Source of the DNA: a virus
Lineage: Duplodnaviria; Caudoviricetes
Strand: one strand, 5' to 3'
Virus record (IMG/VR): IMGVR_UViG_3300025849_000037
Coordinates: 1 to 61,030 of that record
Length of the DNA: 61,030 nt
The position numbers and the translations under genes were made by a program. Of the stretch, positions 33,882-43,012 are shown piece after piece. Each line of letters starts with the position of its first letter. Positions within the stretch are counted from its first letter, which is position 1. Under the pieces are notes generated by a model. It saw only the letters and a list, made by a program, of their open reading frames with translations, was not told the origin of the DNA and ran no database searches.

Positions 33882-34685
33882 TTAGTATTTAGGAGATTGG
33901 CGGAAGTTCTTGCGAATTACGTTCAGAGCTTCTTCTTTGCTGAACGAGTTCATGCGAGCTTTCGCTATTCTAAGTTCGTTGTAATAGTTCTGACGTGCAA
34001 TCTGCTTCTCGCCCATAGGGACGTTAGACTTACGCTGTACTAGCTTGTAATAGATGTACTGACGTAACGCTTCCTCAGCGTATAGATGAACGCTAGGGTT
34101 AGAGCTACGAGCCTCGTCAGCAATGTATTCGATAACTAAATCAGTTACATCTACCTCGGAGTTAAGCTCGATTCTATTTTGCTCATAATTCATACGGAAG
34201 TATCCTACTCCCTTTCCACCACCTGCTCCGTAGTTACGGCCTTCAGATGACTCGTATAAATACGTACGGTCTCTGTAGTTGTCTAGGTTATTAGTTCCTG
34301 TGACGGTAGTCTTAGTAGAGTCTACTCTGTCATTTACTCCATCTGCGTCTGAGTCTATGGGGCTATTAAAAGCATCCAATAAGTACTCTCTAGAGATGTT
34401 TATATTTTTGTTTTCTTTTAATACTGATATAGCTCCACTCGGGCCTGCGATTCCAACTCTTAAAAAGTCTACGAAATCATCGGGTAGTGCAACAGTGTTG
34501 TTGTCTGAAACAGGTAGTGATAAACTTTTTACTCGTTTCATTACATCGAAGCCCATCTCACGGATACCGCGAAGAGCTAATTGGTGTACGTGATAGTCTG
34601 CTACGTTTGAAACATAGTCATCTTCTGACAGAGTCAAAAGAAAGTCATTAACTACCTCGCTAACTGATACAGTATTACGTGCCAT
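33882..34685 (-). CDS. Tail tubular/ring protein
   Basis: LPDDFVDFLRV and VIEYIAD..VHLYAEEALRQYI motifs; position. Confidence 0.7.
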   Translation of the reverse strand: MARNTVSVSEVVNDFLLTLSEDDYVSNVADYHVHQLALRGIREMGFDVMKRVKSLSLPVSDNNTVALPDDFVDFLRVGIAGPSGAISVLKENKNINISREYLLDAFNSPIDSDADGVNDRVDSTKTTVTGTNNLDNYRDRTYLYESSEGRNYGAGGGKGVGYFRMNYEQNRIELNSEVDVTDLVIEYIADEARSSNPSVHLYAEEALRQYIYYKLVQRKSNVPMGEKQIARQNYYNELRIAKARMNSFSKEEALNVIRKNFRQSPKY

Positions 34686-35431
34686 TATCTAAGGTTTTTT
34701 TGTTGTTCACCTGTAGCGTACGAATAAACATCCGCTTGACGCATGTTAATTCCAATCATCTTAGCTATCTCCACAACGAGGTCAGCAACATAATGGTCAG
34801 GTAATTCAAAGTCTATTGTTGTCGATACATCCCAAGACTCTACACCATTAGAATCAACAGTGTATCCGAACTTAGGTAAAGCTGCAGTTTTAACACCTGC
34901 CGCTGTAAGGCCTTCAGGCTGCTTGTAATAGCGTAACTTTACTTTACGTATGGTCGTAGGGAATACTTGGATATCGCTTGATACAAGAGCTACAGGAGTC
35001 TCCTCTGTGGGTACTGACAATGTAGACTGAAGTATCATGTCTATTTTTTCCTCATCGTATACTACTTGGATTCTGTTACTAGTAGTTTGGTCTAAGAACC
35101 AATCTCCAAATGTAGTAAGGGATATAATACGTGCTAGGTCATCAGGCTTAGCAAAAGTACCCAAAGCATTAGAAGGGCTACTTAACGTTTCTGTTTTAGA
35201 GAATACAGACAAGTCTTCTTGAAGTTGCTTTACTCTATTTTTATCACGCCCTGCAGTAACGTTACGCTGAGCGAAACGCTTATTATCTTGAAACTCTGCG
35301 AATAATGAGTTGTAGACCTTAGTCTGTGCAACGCTTGCGAAAGAGTTGAACTGAGCAGGTGTAATCATACCACGCTCGTCCTTATTCGTTAAATCCTTGA
35401 TTATGTTATATACCTCGTAAACTGAAGCCAT
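34685..35431 (-). CDS. Head-tail connector/ring protein (ATG 35431)
   Basis: NKDERGMITPAQFN and DFELPDH..DLV..I motifs; position. Confidence 0.7.
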   Translation of the reverse strand: MASVYEVYNIIKDLTNKDERGMITPAQFNSFASVAQTKVYNSLFAEFQDNKRFAQRNVTAGRDKNRVKQLQEDLSVFSKTETLSSPSNALGTFAKPDDLARIISLTTFGDWFLDQTTSNRIQVVYDEEKIDMILQSTLSVPTEETPVALVSSDIQVFPTTIRKVKLRYYKQPEGLTAAGVKTAALPKFGYTVDSNGVESWDVSTTIDFELPDHYVADLVVEIAKMIGINMRQADVYSYATGEQQKNLR

Positions 35432-35452
35432 CTTGCATATATTATTATACTG

Positions 35453-35495
35453 CAAATATACGAAAAAAAAGAAGAGCCGCACAATGTGCAGCCCT
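35453..35495 (-). terminator. Terminator fused to a TATATTTG promoter element
   Basis: Minus strand GGGCTGCAC-ATT-GTGCGGCTC-TTCTTTTTTTT-CG-TATATTTG. Confidence 0.7.
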
Positions 35496-35522
35496 CCGTA
35501 TATAATCGTATGTCAAATAGTC

Positions 35523-36335
35523 CTATAGACTGTCAATTTGACGTTGTAATTCATCGCGTACCGCATTTCCACGGTCAGTCATTAAGAAGCGAGTAAACAC
35601 TTCTACTGAGTTTTGACCCATAGGTGTAGGACAGATTAGAGCGTTATTGTCTCCCCAATACATTCCGTCAGCCTTAGCTACTAAGATTTGGAAATCAATA
35701 GCAGTCAATACGTCAGCCTTAATCTGTACAACAGGGCTGTCATATAACTCCATAAAATTCTTAGGGTTTCCTTTAGCGAACTTCAATAACTCTTTCTTAA
35801 TCTCCATAGAACTCATAGTCCCGTCAATACCGTAAGACAATACCATAGGCATTAGCTCATCAATAGCTGCAGAGCGAATCAAGCTAATAGCATCGTGTAC
35901 TAAGAACTCGTTTTCCACATCGTCTTCTGCTGTTGATTTGTTGTTAACCTCGTTAAATACACGTCCGCCATTTGCTACGTTGTCAGGATGTGCCCTTAGG
36001 TAAGCTAACAACTCGGGTTGATTCACGGCAACTACCAAGTTTTTATCACGAAAGACAATAGTCTCACGACGTGCTGTTTTGCTTTGCTCATCTACAAAGA
36101 TAGAGCGCTCTCCACGCGCGTAACGAATCTCACGGTTGAATCCCTGCTCTTCGTCAAATACGAGGATAGACTTCTGACGAATCTTGTAATAGATACCGCC
36201 ACCTTTAGTGATAGTAAAGACTGTTGGTTTTGGCGCTGCTTTTTTCGCGGGGCGCTTAGATGCCGCTTTTTTTGTTGCTGCAGGAGCTGCAGGCTTTTTC
36301 TTTGCACTTGTAGTGCGTTTAACTGTATCAGCCAT
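35523..36335 (-). CDS. Conserved morphogenesis-cluster protein with K/A/P-rich N-tail (270 aa)
   Basis: Immediately downstream of the major capsid gene; REIRYARGERSIFVDEQ motif. Confidence 0.7.
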   Translation of the reverse strand: MADTVKRTTSAKKKPAAPAATKKAASKRPAKKAAPKPTVFTITKGGGIYYKIRQKSILVFDEEQGFNREIRYARGERSIFVDEQSKTARRETIVFRDKNLVVAVNQPELLAYLRAHPDNVANGGRVFNEVNNKSTAEDDVENEFLVHDAISLIRSAAIDELMPMVLSYGIDGTMSSMEIKKELLKFAKGNPKNFMELYDSPVVQIKADVLTAIDFQILVAKADGMYWGDNNALICPTPMGQNSVEVFTRFLMTDRGNAVRDELQRQIDSL

Positions 36336-36361
36336 AATTTAAAATAAATATAATTAAAGTA

Positions 36362-36416
36362 CAAATATACAAAATGTTTTATAAAAAAGAAAGCCCCATC
36401 CGAAGATGAGGCTCTC
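36362..36416 (-). terminator. Post-capsid terminator with downstream TATATTTG
   Basis: Minus strand GCCTCATC-TTCG-GATGGGGC-TTTCTTTTTT; TATATTTG at 36362-36369. Confidence 0.7.
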
Positions 36417-36436
36417 AATTCAATATATGTTAAGAA

Positions 36437-37741
36437 TTACTTCTTCAACAATACGTGACGGTTAGCGGCACGAGTGATAAGGTTACACTCAGAACGGTAG
36501 TTGAACTGAACGCTATCCTCAGTTGCGTTAGACGCACCTAAGATAGAACCTGTCATCCAATGCTCCATTTCACGAGAGTATCCGTTAGTAGCCTTGTAGT
36601 TGATTTCAAGAGCAGGAGCTTTGTCACCTGTCTTAGCGTCAGCTACTTTAGCCATAGGAATCATAACACCTGCGAAGTCAGCACCACTCAATAGAGTTGG
36701 GTCGTTCAACAGTTTGAAGTCATGCTTGTGGAAAGTATATCCACCACGTCCGAATGTACGGAATCCTAATTCTACAGCCATGTCCTTGTCATTGTTAAAT
36801 GCACCGAACTGTCCTGCGACACCACTAGTTGCAGCACTTAAAGAAGCACCACCACCTGCAATCATATCGTCAAGAGCCAAGTCAGTAGCACGGTCAACGT
36901 ACATAGCGTACTCAGCAGCACCACCTTGCTTGTCCAACTCAACGATGATAGCATCAACGTCAGCAAGAGAAGCGAAATCAGCATCAGTACCTGAAGCAAC
37001 GATTCCACGGTCTTCGATAGCAGCGAAGTAACCTTCAGAACCGCTAACACCTGTAACAGCAGAAGTTTTCTCGCCTAACAATAACATCATCTCACGCTTG
37101 TCCATGAAACGCTGACGTGTATCAGCTTCACCTTTCATGTACCAACGGTAGTCACCGTTACCCAAGTTAATCCAACCGATGTTGGTAGCTTGAGAACCAC
37201 TTACTTTGTAAGCCTCTTTCATAATCATGAACGGGTTTGTGCGCTTAACAACGTTAGCTTCGAAACCACCATTTGGTTGGTCAGAACCTTGAGCGTACAA
37301 GTTACCGATAACAGATAAAGAAACAGCACCATTAGCCAAGACAGCAGCACCATCAAGAGCTACCAAAGTGATAACCAATGCAGTGATGTCAGATACAAAG
37401 AAACGGTCAGAACCGCTTAGTACTACGTCGTTCTCACGAACTACGATAGCAGCAGCGTTAGCAGCAGTTACCTCTAGTCCGTTAGCAGCAGTACCAACTT
37501 GCAATTGATGTAGACGTGCTTCTTCCCAATATGTTACTTCGTCAGCAACAGCTTGAGCTTTTACAGCACCTACCATAGAAAGGAATCCTGTGATACCTTG
37601 CTTTCCATAAGTCTTGATTAAAGCCTCACGGTTGTCTTCTTTGTTTACCTCGTTGATGTAAGAACCGAGGTCAACGTACTTGGACATATCCAAGTTTTTA
37701 ATAAGAGCGGGGTTAAAGTCGCTCGGAGAATTAAAAGCCAT
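36437..37741 (-). CDS. Major capsid protein (434 aa)
   Basis: Follows the acidic scaffold gene; strong codon bias; YWEEARLH, KEAYKVSGSQ and YRSE..L...AAN motifs; strong terminator downstream. Confidence 0.85.
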   Translation of the reverse strand: MAFNSPSDFNPALIKNLDMSKYVDLGSYINEVNKEDNREALIKTYGKQGITGFLSMVGAVKAQAVADEVTYWEEARLHQLQVGTAANGLEVTAANAAAIVVRENDVVLSGSDRFFVSDITALVITLVALDGAAVLANGAVSLSVIGNLYAQGSDQPNGGFEANVVKRTNPFMIMKEAYKVSGSQATNIGWINLGNGDYRWYMKGEADTRQRFMDKREMMLLLGEKTSAVTGVSGSEGYFAAIEDRGIVASGTDADFASLADVDAIIVELDKQGGAAEYAMYVDRATDLALDDMIAGGGASLSAATSGVAGQFGAFNNDKDMAVELGFRTFGRGGYTFHKHDFKLLNDPTLLSGADFAGVMIPMAKVADAKTGDKAPALEINYKATNGYSREMEHWMTGSILGASNATEDSVQFNYRSECNLITRAANRHVLLKK

Positions 37742-37767
37742 TTTGTTTTAGTTTTAGCTAGTTAACA

Positions 37768-39012
37768 TTAAAATTTCATTCGCAGAGTATCGTCGCCACC
37801 CTGCAAGGCGTTTAAAATCTGTTGTCTCACTTTATCCTCAGATGAAGCTGAGCTTGGTGCACTTGAGCTAGATGGATTAACATCACTCGGGTTCACTGCC
37901 TGTTTTACCACATTCGAAGTGCCTTGGCTCAAACCTTGTTTGAATGCAGCATCTACAATGTTCTCGATATTGTCGAGTATAGTACGGTGAACGTTTAATT
38001 TCTCAAAGTCCCAATCTCCTGCCTCACTAATGTATTGGTCGAAGTACTCGTCCATCTTAGCATTACTTTGTTTCAACTCCGCCTTGTACGTGTCTGATAT
38101 ACCGAAAGCAAATGATTGGTCTTTACCTACATTAAATTCTAGTGCTTCCATGTCATCAGCTACAGTACTCATAGCGGAAATCCACTCAGAGGTTATAGGT
38201 GATTCAATCTCTTCTTGAACAGGAGCTTGTGCAGGTTCTTCTTTAGCTACGGGAGCTAAGTAATTAGAACGTACAGACTCTAGCTCTTTCCGAGCATTCT
38301 GCGCATCCATCTTCAACTGTAGAGAACCCAATCGGGTATCTTGCTCTGTGTTTAAATCTGTATCTAACTTATACTTATTTTCAAGCAACAAGTCAGCGTC
38401 TTCATTAGACAAGTCAGGGTATTGACGTTGTAAGTTGTTTCTCATCACGCTCACGTCATCCATTTCAGATGGGTTGAGGCTTTGATAAGCGAACCACTCT
38501 TCAACACTACGACCCGTCTCAGCGACGAAGTCAGCAATAACCTTGACAGCAGGGTCAAGTTCTACAGGTGCAGGTGTCTGCTCTGTATTTAGTCTCTCTA
38601 ACAATTGCTCCTTGTCCATGCCTTCTAAGCCGAGCATTTCGCCCACTGCTTGTACTAACATAACCTCGTACTCCTCGTCAGAGATGTTATCTTCTTCCGT
38701 AGTTTCTTCTTCAGCTAAGATTGCATCAACCTCTGCATCCAATTCAGGATTCTCAACAGACTCTGTTTGCTCTTCAGCTACAGGCTCTTCTGCTGTCTCC
38801 TCTACTTCCGTAGATTGTGTTTCATCATTGTTAAGAACTTCAGTCTGTTCAACAGCTTCCTCAGTAGGTTGCTCTTCGGTAGACTCTACCACTTCTTCTG
38901 TTGCTTCCTCTATTGGTGATTCAGTAGGCTCTTCGTTCAGTGCTTCACTCGGTGGAGTGTTGCTCAAATTGATTCCTAGTGATTCAGCCAAGTTTTCAAA
39001 TTCGTTAGCCAT
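37768..39012 (-). CDS. Capsid scaffolding protein (acidic)
   Basis: Very E-rich disordered N-terminus; directly upstream of the capsid gene. Confidence 0.75.
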   Translation of the reverse strand: MANEFENLAESLGINLSNTPPSEALNEEPTESPIEEATEEVVESTEEQPTEEAVEQTEVLNNDETQSTEVEETAEEPVAEEQTESVENPELDAEVDAILAEEETTEEDNISDEEYEVMLVQAVGEMLGLEGMDKEQLLERLNTEQTPAPVELDPAVKVIADFVAETGRSVEEWFAYQSLNPSEMDDVSVMRNNLQRQYPDLSNEDADLLLENKYKLDTDLNTEQDTRLGSLQLKMDAQNARKELESVRSNYLAPVAKEEPAQAPVQEEIESPITSEWISAMSTVADDMEALEFNVGKDQSFAFGISDTYKAELKQSNAKMDEYFDQYISEAGDWDFEKLNVHRTILDNIENIVDAAFKQGLSQGTSNVVKQAVNPSDVNPSSSSAPSSASSEDKVRQQILNALQGGDDTLRMKF

Positions 39013-39036
39013 AGTAAATTGAATTGTTTATATCTG

Positions 39037-39113
39037 CAAAGATAGTAATTATTATTTAATAAATATACAAGACCTACTTGCATAATACAAGATGTTTCCT
39101 TATATTATATTTG
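39037..39113. promoter_or_regulatory. Divergent promoter pair
   Basis: TATCTTTG on - (39037-39044) and TATATTTG on + (39106-39113). Confidence 0.7.
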
Positions 39114-39136
39114 TTACTAATCTATAATTATATACT

Positions 39137-39493
39137 ATGTTACGTTTATTAAGTGTTATTACATTTCTAATCTGTATTTGTTTTATTGAGAGTAAAGGTG
39201 ATATAAAGAATAGTGTATCGTTAAACGATGCGTACGTGTCTAATGTAGACACTATAGGTGCTACATCTTTTGGAAGAGTAGGTAAATGCATATTAATAAC
39301 AACTGTCCTTAATTCAACACTAGATGAGTTTAATCTAATAGGGGATTTAATAACAGGAGCTAACCACACTGAGAGAATAAGAATAGGCAACAGAGAGATA
39401 GTAATGTTCTTCAACCCTACTAGGGATACCACATTAATAAGAGAAGTTAATCTAGGTTCAAATGAAACCTATAAAGTATTTGTAAGACAATGA
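39137..39493 (+). CDS. AT-rich secreted/membrane-anchored protein (118 aa)
   Basis: N-terminal hydrophobic signal-like segment with Cys; own promoter; low GC. Confidence 0.65.
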   Translation: MLRLLSVITFLICICFIESKGDIKNSVSLNDAYVSNVDTIGATSFGRVGKCILITTVLNSTLDEFNLIGDLITGANHTERIRIGNREIVMFFNPTRDTTLIREVNLGSNETYKVFVRQ

Positions 39494-39615
39494 GAAACGT
39501 CACACTAAAAGAGGACAGTGCTAAGAAAAAGCGTAAAGGAGTTCACGCAAAGTCAAAGAACTCTAAAAGTAAAAAAAGCAGAAACTATGTCAAGCGAAGC
39601 AGAGGACAGGGATAA
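39490..39615 (+). CDS. Small basic protein (41 aa)
   Basis: Read by hand: MRNVTLKEDSAKKKRKGVHAKSKNSKSKKSRNYVKRSRGQG; ATGA coupling. Confidence 0.65.
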   Translation: MRNVTLKEDSAKKKRKGVHAKSKNSKSKKSRNYVKRSRGQG

Positions 39616-39745
39616 AATCCTAGCAGAAAGATACTCCACTATGAGCAACGCAAGACTTGAAGGCGAGACATTCGAGGAGTACAAAGAACGCAGGAGAGCA
39701 ACAAACTATGCAATCCGCCAACACCTAAAAGGTAACAGAATATGA
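39587..39745 (+). CDS. Small protein (52 aa; ATG 39587)
   Basis: RLEGETFEEYKERR motif; ATGA-coupled to the amidase. Confidence 0.65.
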   Translation: MSSEAEDRDKILAERYSTMSNARLEGETFEEYKERRRATNYAIRQHLKGNRI

Positions 39746-40155
39746 GACCAATAAGAAAAGTAGTACTACATACGACTTACACTCCCGAGGGACGTGAACA
39801 TGATGTAGAGGACATTAGAGCTTGGCATAAAGCAAAAGGGTGGTCAGACATCGGATATCATTACTTGATTAAGATTGACGGAACTATCGAAGCGGGCCGA
39901 CCACTAGATAAGATTGGAGCTCACGCAAAAGGACACAATCAAGGTAGCATCGGAGTAGTCTACGTAGGTGGAATGGATGCAGACCACAGAATACCAAAAG
40001 ACACTAGGACTTCCAATCAGATGCAAGCCATGCAGAAACTAATAGCGTCTCTAGATGTTGTGTTCGGTGGGATTGAAGTAATAGGACACAATGAGGTAAG
40101 CAGTAAGTCTTGTCCTTGTTTTGATGTTGGGAAAGAGTTCCCACGTTATCGTTAA
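39742..40155 (+). CDS. Endolysin, N-acetylmuramoyl-L-alanine amidase (T7 lysozyme-like, Amidase_2)
   Basis: VVLHTT, GWSDIGYHY, GAHAKGHN and GHNEV..KSCP motifs. Confidence 0.92.
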   Translation: MRPIRKVVLHTTYTPEGREHDVEDIRAWHKAKGWSDIGYHYLIKIDGTIEAGRPLDKIGAHAKGHNQGSIGVVYVGGMDADHRIPKDTRTSNQMQAMQKLIASLDVVFGGIEVIGHNEVSSKSCPCFDVGKEFPRYR

Positions 40156-40157
40156 TG

Positions 40158-40188
40158 AAAGAGCCCCGCGTAATGCAGGGCTTTTTTT
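40158..40188. terminator. Terminator between convergent genes
   Basis: AAAGAGCCCCGC-GTAAT-GCAGGGC-TTTTTTT. Confidence 0.65.
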
Positions 40189-40426
40189 ATCTTCTAAATC
40201 TTCTTGCAATGGCTGCTACGAGCTTGGGTTGTTTGACATGCTGTTTGCCTTTCTTATTTCCCTTTGCTTTCGCTGCGTTTGTAGCAGCTCTCTGAGCAGG
40301 CGTAAGAGCATTCCAAGCCGCCTCGGGTAGATACCTACGCTTACCATTAGACTTCTTACCACTAGAGGTTCTCCACTTTTGTGCAGTCCACTTATTTAGA
40401 CTCTTTTGTGATTTACTTAGACTCAT
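40187..40426 (-). CDS. Basic protein, DUF5872-like C-terminal half (79 aa)
   Basis: QKSLNKWTAQKWRT..RYLPEAAW motif; ATGA overlap with the upstream gene. Confidence 0.7.
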   Translation of the reverse strand: MSLSKSQKSLNKWTAQKWRTSSGKKSNGKRRYLPEAAWNALTPAQRAATNAAKAKGNKKGKQHVKQPKLVAAIARRFRR

Positions 40427-41328
40427 CGGTATCCTCCTCCGTTTTTCTTGTATAGCTTTGCGAGGAGTTGCGCCTTGCGAGCTGACCATTGTCCTGCTCT
40501 TCCGCCCTTAGTCCCTGCTTTGATGCGATTGAACAAACGCTTACGCATAGTAGGCTTAGTATAATTACCTGCTGAATTAACAGTACTCTTAGCTTTCCCA
40601 CCTTTATTATATCTAACTATTAAGTCTTCTCTGTTGTCAGGCTTGACGTTAGGCATTTTCCCGCCCTCTTGAAACTTGGCATACATGTGGGTTTTGCCCT
40701 CTTTGTCTTTCGTGAACTTGTATTCAGCTTTAGGGTGCTTACCATGATGTTGAGCTTTTTTAGCTGCTATTGCATTGGCGCTTTCTGAAGCCGCTATTTC
40801 TTGATATCCTTCAAGGCCGTCAACCTTCCCACCTTTATTAAATTTCCTCTTAGCTTTCCCTATTACTTCTTTAGCTTCTATACCCTCTCCTATTGCCTCT
40901 GCAGCTTTCGGTGCAATTCTAGAAAATAGACTAGGTGCTGATTTCATTAAGTTAAAAGCACTTTTTCCTAGCCCTATTACTTTAGCACCACCAACCATAG
41001 GGGCGTTACCCCCTATAGGTTCTATTCTCACTCTACGCATTGATGGGTGTTGTTTCTTTTCCCATTCTGACGCTGTAGTCCCTGTTTTTAAGGTGTATTT
41101 TATTTTCTCCTTAGCGGTGGGTAGTTTGCTAGGAAGAGCAGCAGTAACTGTTGTTTCAGGTATCTGATGCCCTTTCTTTGTAGGCTCGTCTAGCTTACCA
41201 CCTTTGTCGTAGCTAGGGGCTTTGTGTCCATAGCCTTGCTTCTTTAAACGTAAGTGGTCAGCCATAGTCTTAGCCATGACAGACTCCTTACCCTTATACA
41301 TCATATGTGCCTTGAACTTCTTAGCCAT
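40423..41328 (-). CDS. Basic modular protein with repeated [FY]xxGGK motifs and a DUF5872-like N-half at its C-terminus
   Basis: YDKGGK, FNKGGK, FQEGGK, YNKGGK; NYTKP..GGRAGQWSARKAQ..GGGY. Confidence 0.7.
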   Translation of the reverse strand: MAKKFKAHMMYKGKESVMAKTMADHLRLKKQGYGHKAPSYDKGGKLDEPTKKGHQIPETTVTAALPSKLPTAKEKIKYTLKTGTTASEWEKKQHPSMRRVRIEPIGGNAPMVGGAKVIGLGKSAFNLMKSAPSLFSRIAPKAAEAIGEGIEAKEVIGKAKRKFNKGGKVDGLEGYQEIAASESANAIAAKKAQHHGKHPKAEYKFTKDKEGKTHMYAKFQEGGKMPNVKPDNREDLIVRYNKGGKAKSTVNSAGNYTKPTMRKRLFNRIKAGTKGGRAGQWSARKAQLLAKLYKKNGGGYR

Positions 41329-41582
41329 TACTTCTTAGCTCTGTTAGTAGACTTCTTAACAACACGTAGGTTGCTAGGAGAGTTGTTCATTGGATTACCG
41401 TCAATGTGGTCTACATCCATACCATCGTTAGGCTTTACACGTCCACCCTTTTGGAGTTTACGACGAGCACGCATACGACTAGCTATCTTAGCGAGATTCA
41501 ATCCGTTGTACGCTTTATCGTACTTCTTCTTCTTATCTCTCGCTTTTTTATTAGCTCTATAAAATAATGTAGAACGACCCAT
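41328..41582 (-). CDS. Small HNH endonuclease-domain protein
   Basis: DVDHIDGNPMNNSPSNLRV....NR. Confidence 0.8.
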   Translation of the reverse strand: MGRSTLFYRANKKARDKKKKYDKAYNGLNLAKIASRMRARRKLQKGGRVKPNDGMDVDHIDGNPMNNSPSNLRVVKKSTNRAKK

Positions 41583-41584
41583 TG

Positions 41585-41959
41585 TTATGCTTTGTAGACT
41601 TCGCCTTTCTTGTTCATTGCAACGCTTGAGTCTCCTGCAGCCTTACCGCGCTTGCTGTCGCGTAGAATACGTAGTTGATTCTTTAGAGCCTTGCCTTTTT
41701 CACCTTTAAGTTCTTCAGGGCTTAGAGCTCTTAGTTGCTTAAGTACAGACTCAATCTTAACGTTAGCTTCTTTAGCTCCCTCAGTTCTATCCTTGCCTTC
41801 CGCAGCTTGGTTTCGTGGAGAGGCTTTATCTAAACCTTCAGAGCGAGTCAATGTAATTTTAGTATCTCCCTCAGCAGTCTTACCTGCTTTTTGAGTTACC
41901 TTGTCTTTTAGCTTACCGCCAATTCTGTACTTTAATGACGTTTTCTTCTTTAGCTTCAT
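41585..41959 (-). CDS. Basic hypothetical protein (124 aa)
   Basis: K-rich; YRIGGK motif. Confidence 0.65.
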   Translation of the reverse strand: MKLKKKTSLKYRIGGKLKDKVTQKAGKTAEGDTKITLTRSEGLDKASPRNQAAEGKDRTEGAKEANVKIESVLKQLRALSPEELKGEKGKALKNQLRILRDSKRGKAAGDSSVAMNKKGEVYKA

Positions 41960-41960
41960 T

Positions 41961-42296
41961 TTACTTTCTTTTTAGTATTTCGTTTACTGTTTTTAATTCG
42001 AAGTTAGTTTTCTCTAACTCAGTTAGCTTAGCTTGCATAGAAGTATTTTCAGAACGAAGAGTAGCTACCTCCATCTTGAGGTCAACATATATATCTCTTA
42101 ATTCTTCCAAATCCTTTAGTAAGCTGTCTTGTTGTGTGCGTAGTAATTGTATAGTCTCGTCTTTAGCTACTAGAGCTCCGTTAGCACCTGTATCAGATTT
42201 AGCCTTATAGACCTTCCAATAGTAGTCAAACGCCTTTGTGGACGTTATGCCAACAACCAAAGCTGTTACGGCTGAGAATACAGAATCAATTACCAT
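41961..42296 (-). CDS. TM plus coiled-coil protein (holin/spanin-like architecture)
   Basis: N-terminal hydrophobic helix followed by a heptad coiled coil. Confidence 0.6.
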   Translation of the reverse strand: MVIDSVFSAVTALVVGITSTKAFDYYWKVYKAKSDTGANGALVAKDETIQLLRTQQDSLLKDLEELRDIYVDLKMEVATLRSENTSMQAKLTELEKTNFELKTVNEILKRK

Positions 42297-42580
42297 TTTA
42301 CTTTATTTGCCCAATAAGCCGCAGAGAGCTTACCTTTCTTTATATTTCTTTGGTGACGAGCTTTAAATGAAGCACGTTTCTTTTTCATTTTGTCAGACTC
42401 ACCTGCTTTAGGCTTACCTGCCGTGGACGCACCTTGCTCTCCAAAACGGATTAGCCTTACCGTAGTTCCTTCTTTAGCCAAAACAATGTGAGACTTTTTA
42501 GGGTGCTGAGGTGTGCGCTTAGGCTTATTGACTCCCGCGAGTCTATGTTTCTTGAGTAAATTCTTTATGCGGTTATCCAT
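42290..42580 (-). CDS. Conserved small basic phage protein (96 aa; ATG 42580)
   Basis: NKPKRTP.HPKKSH.V, IRFGEQG, RASFKARH and SAAYWANKVKW motifs. Confidence 0.75.
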   Translation of the reverse strand: MDNRIKNLLKKHRLAGVNKPKRTPQHPKKSHIVLAKEGTTVRLIRFGEQGASTAGKPKAGESDKMKKKRASFKARHQRNIKKGKLSAAYWANKVKW

Positions 42581-42585
42581 AGATG

Positions 42586-42639
42586 CAAAGATACACAAAA
42601 ATACTATATAAAAGAAAAGGAGAGCCGAAGCCCCCCTTT
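42586..42639 (-). terminator. Terminator plus TATCTTTG promoter element
   Basis: Minus strand GGGGGGC-TTCG-GCTCTCC-TTTTCTTTT; TATCTTTG (42586-42593) 5 nt before the ATG. Confidence 0.65.
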
Positions 42640-42692
42640 ATGATTCGTGTGGAAAACCACAACCATAACAACATATAAAAACCTACACGAAT

Positions 42693-42953
42693 CTATTCCT
42701 CAGTAGATGGTTCAACGAACTCGCCTGTCTGTATATTAATGTTAACGTCTCCGTACTTATCCATCATAGCACTCTGAAGGCTAGATAACTCCCCTTCAAA
42801 ACCCTGTAATGCTGTCCAAGCCTGATTAACAGACTCTTCTACGCGTTGACGATTCTTGCTAGCTGCTACGAAATTACTTTCTGCCGCTCGCATTTCAGAC
42901 AATGCACCTTGCAATGTCTCTAGCTCTTTCTTTGTTAGTTTTTTTGCACTCAT
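42693..42953 (-). CDS. Small coiled-coil protein, possible tail-fibre chaperone
   Basis: KLTKKEL..KYGDVNINIQTGE; follows the fibre genes. Confidence 0.65.
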   Translation of the reverse strand: MSAKKLTKKELETLQGALSEMRAAESNFVAASKNRQRVEESVNQAWTALQGFEGELSSLQSAMMDKYGDVNINIQTGEFVEPSTEE

Positions 42954-43012
42954 GATAAAATGAAATAAAATGTTATGATACTAATATACCGAAGGTATAT
43001 ATAAAAAACAAG

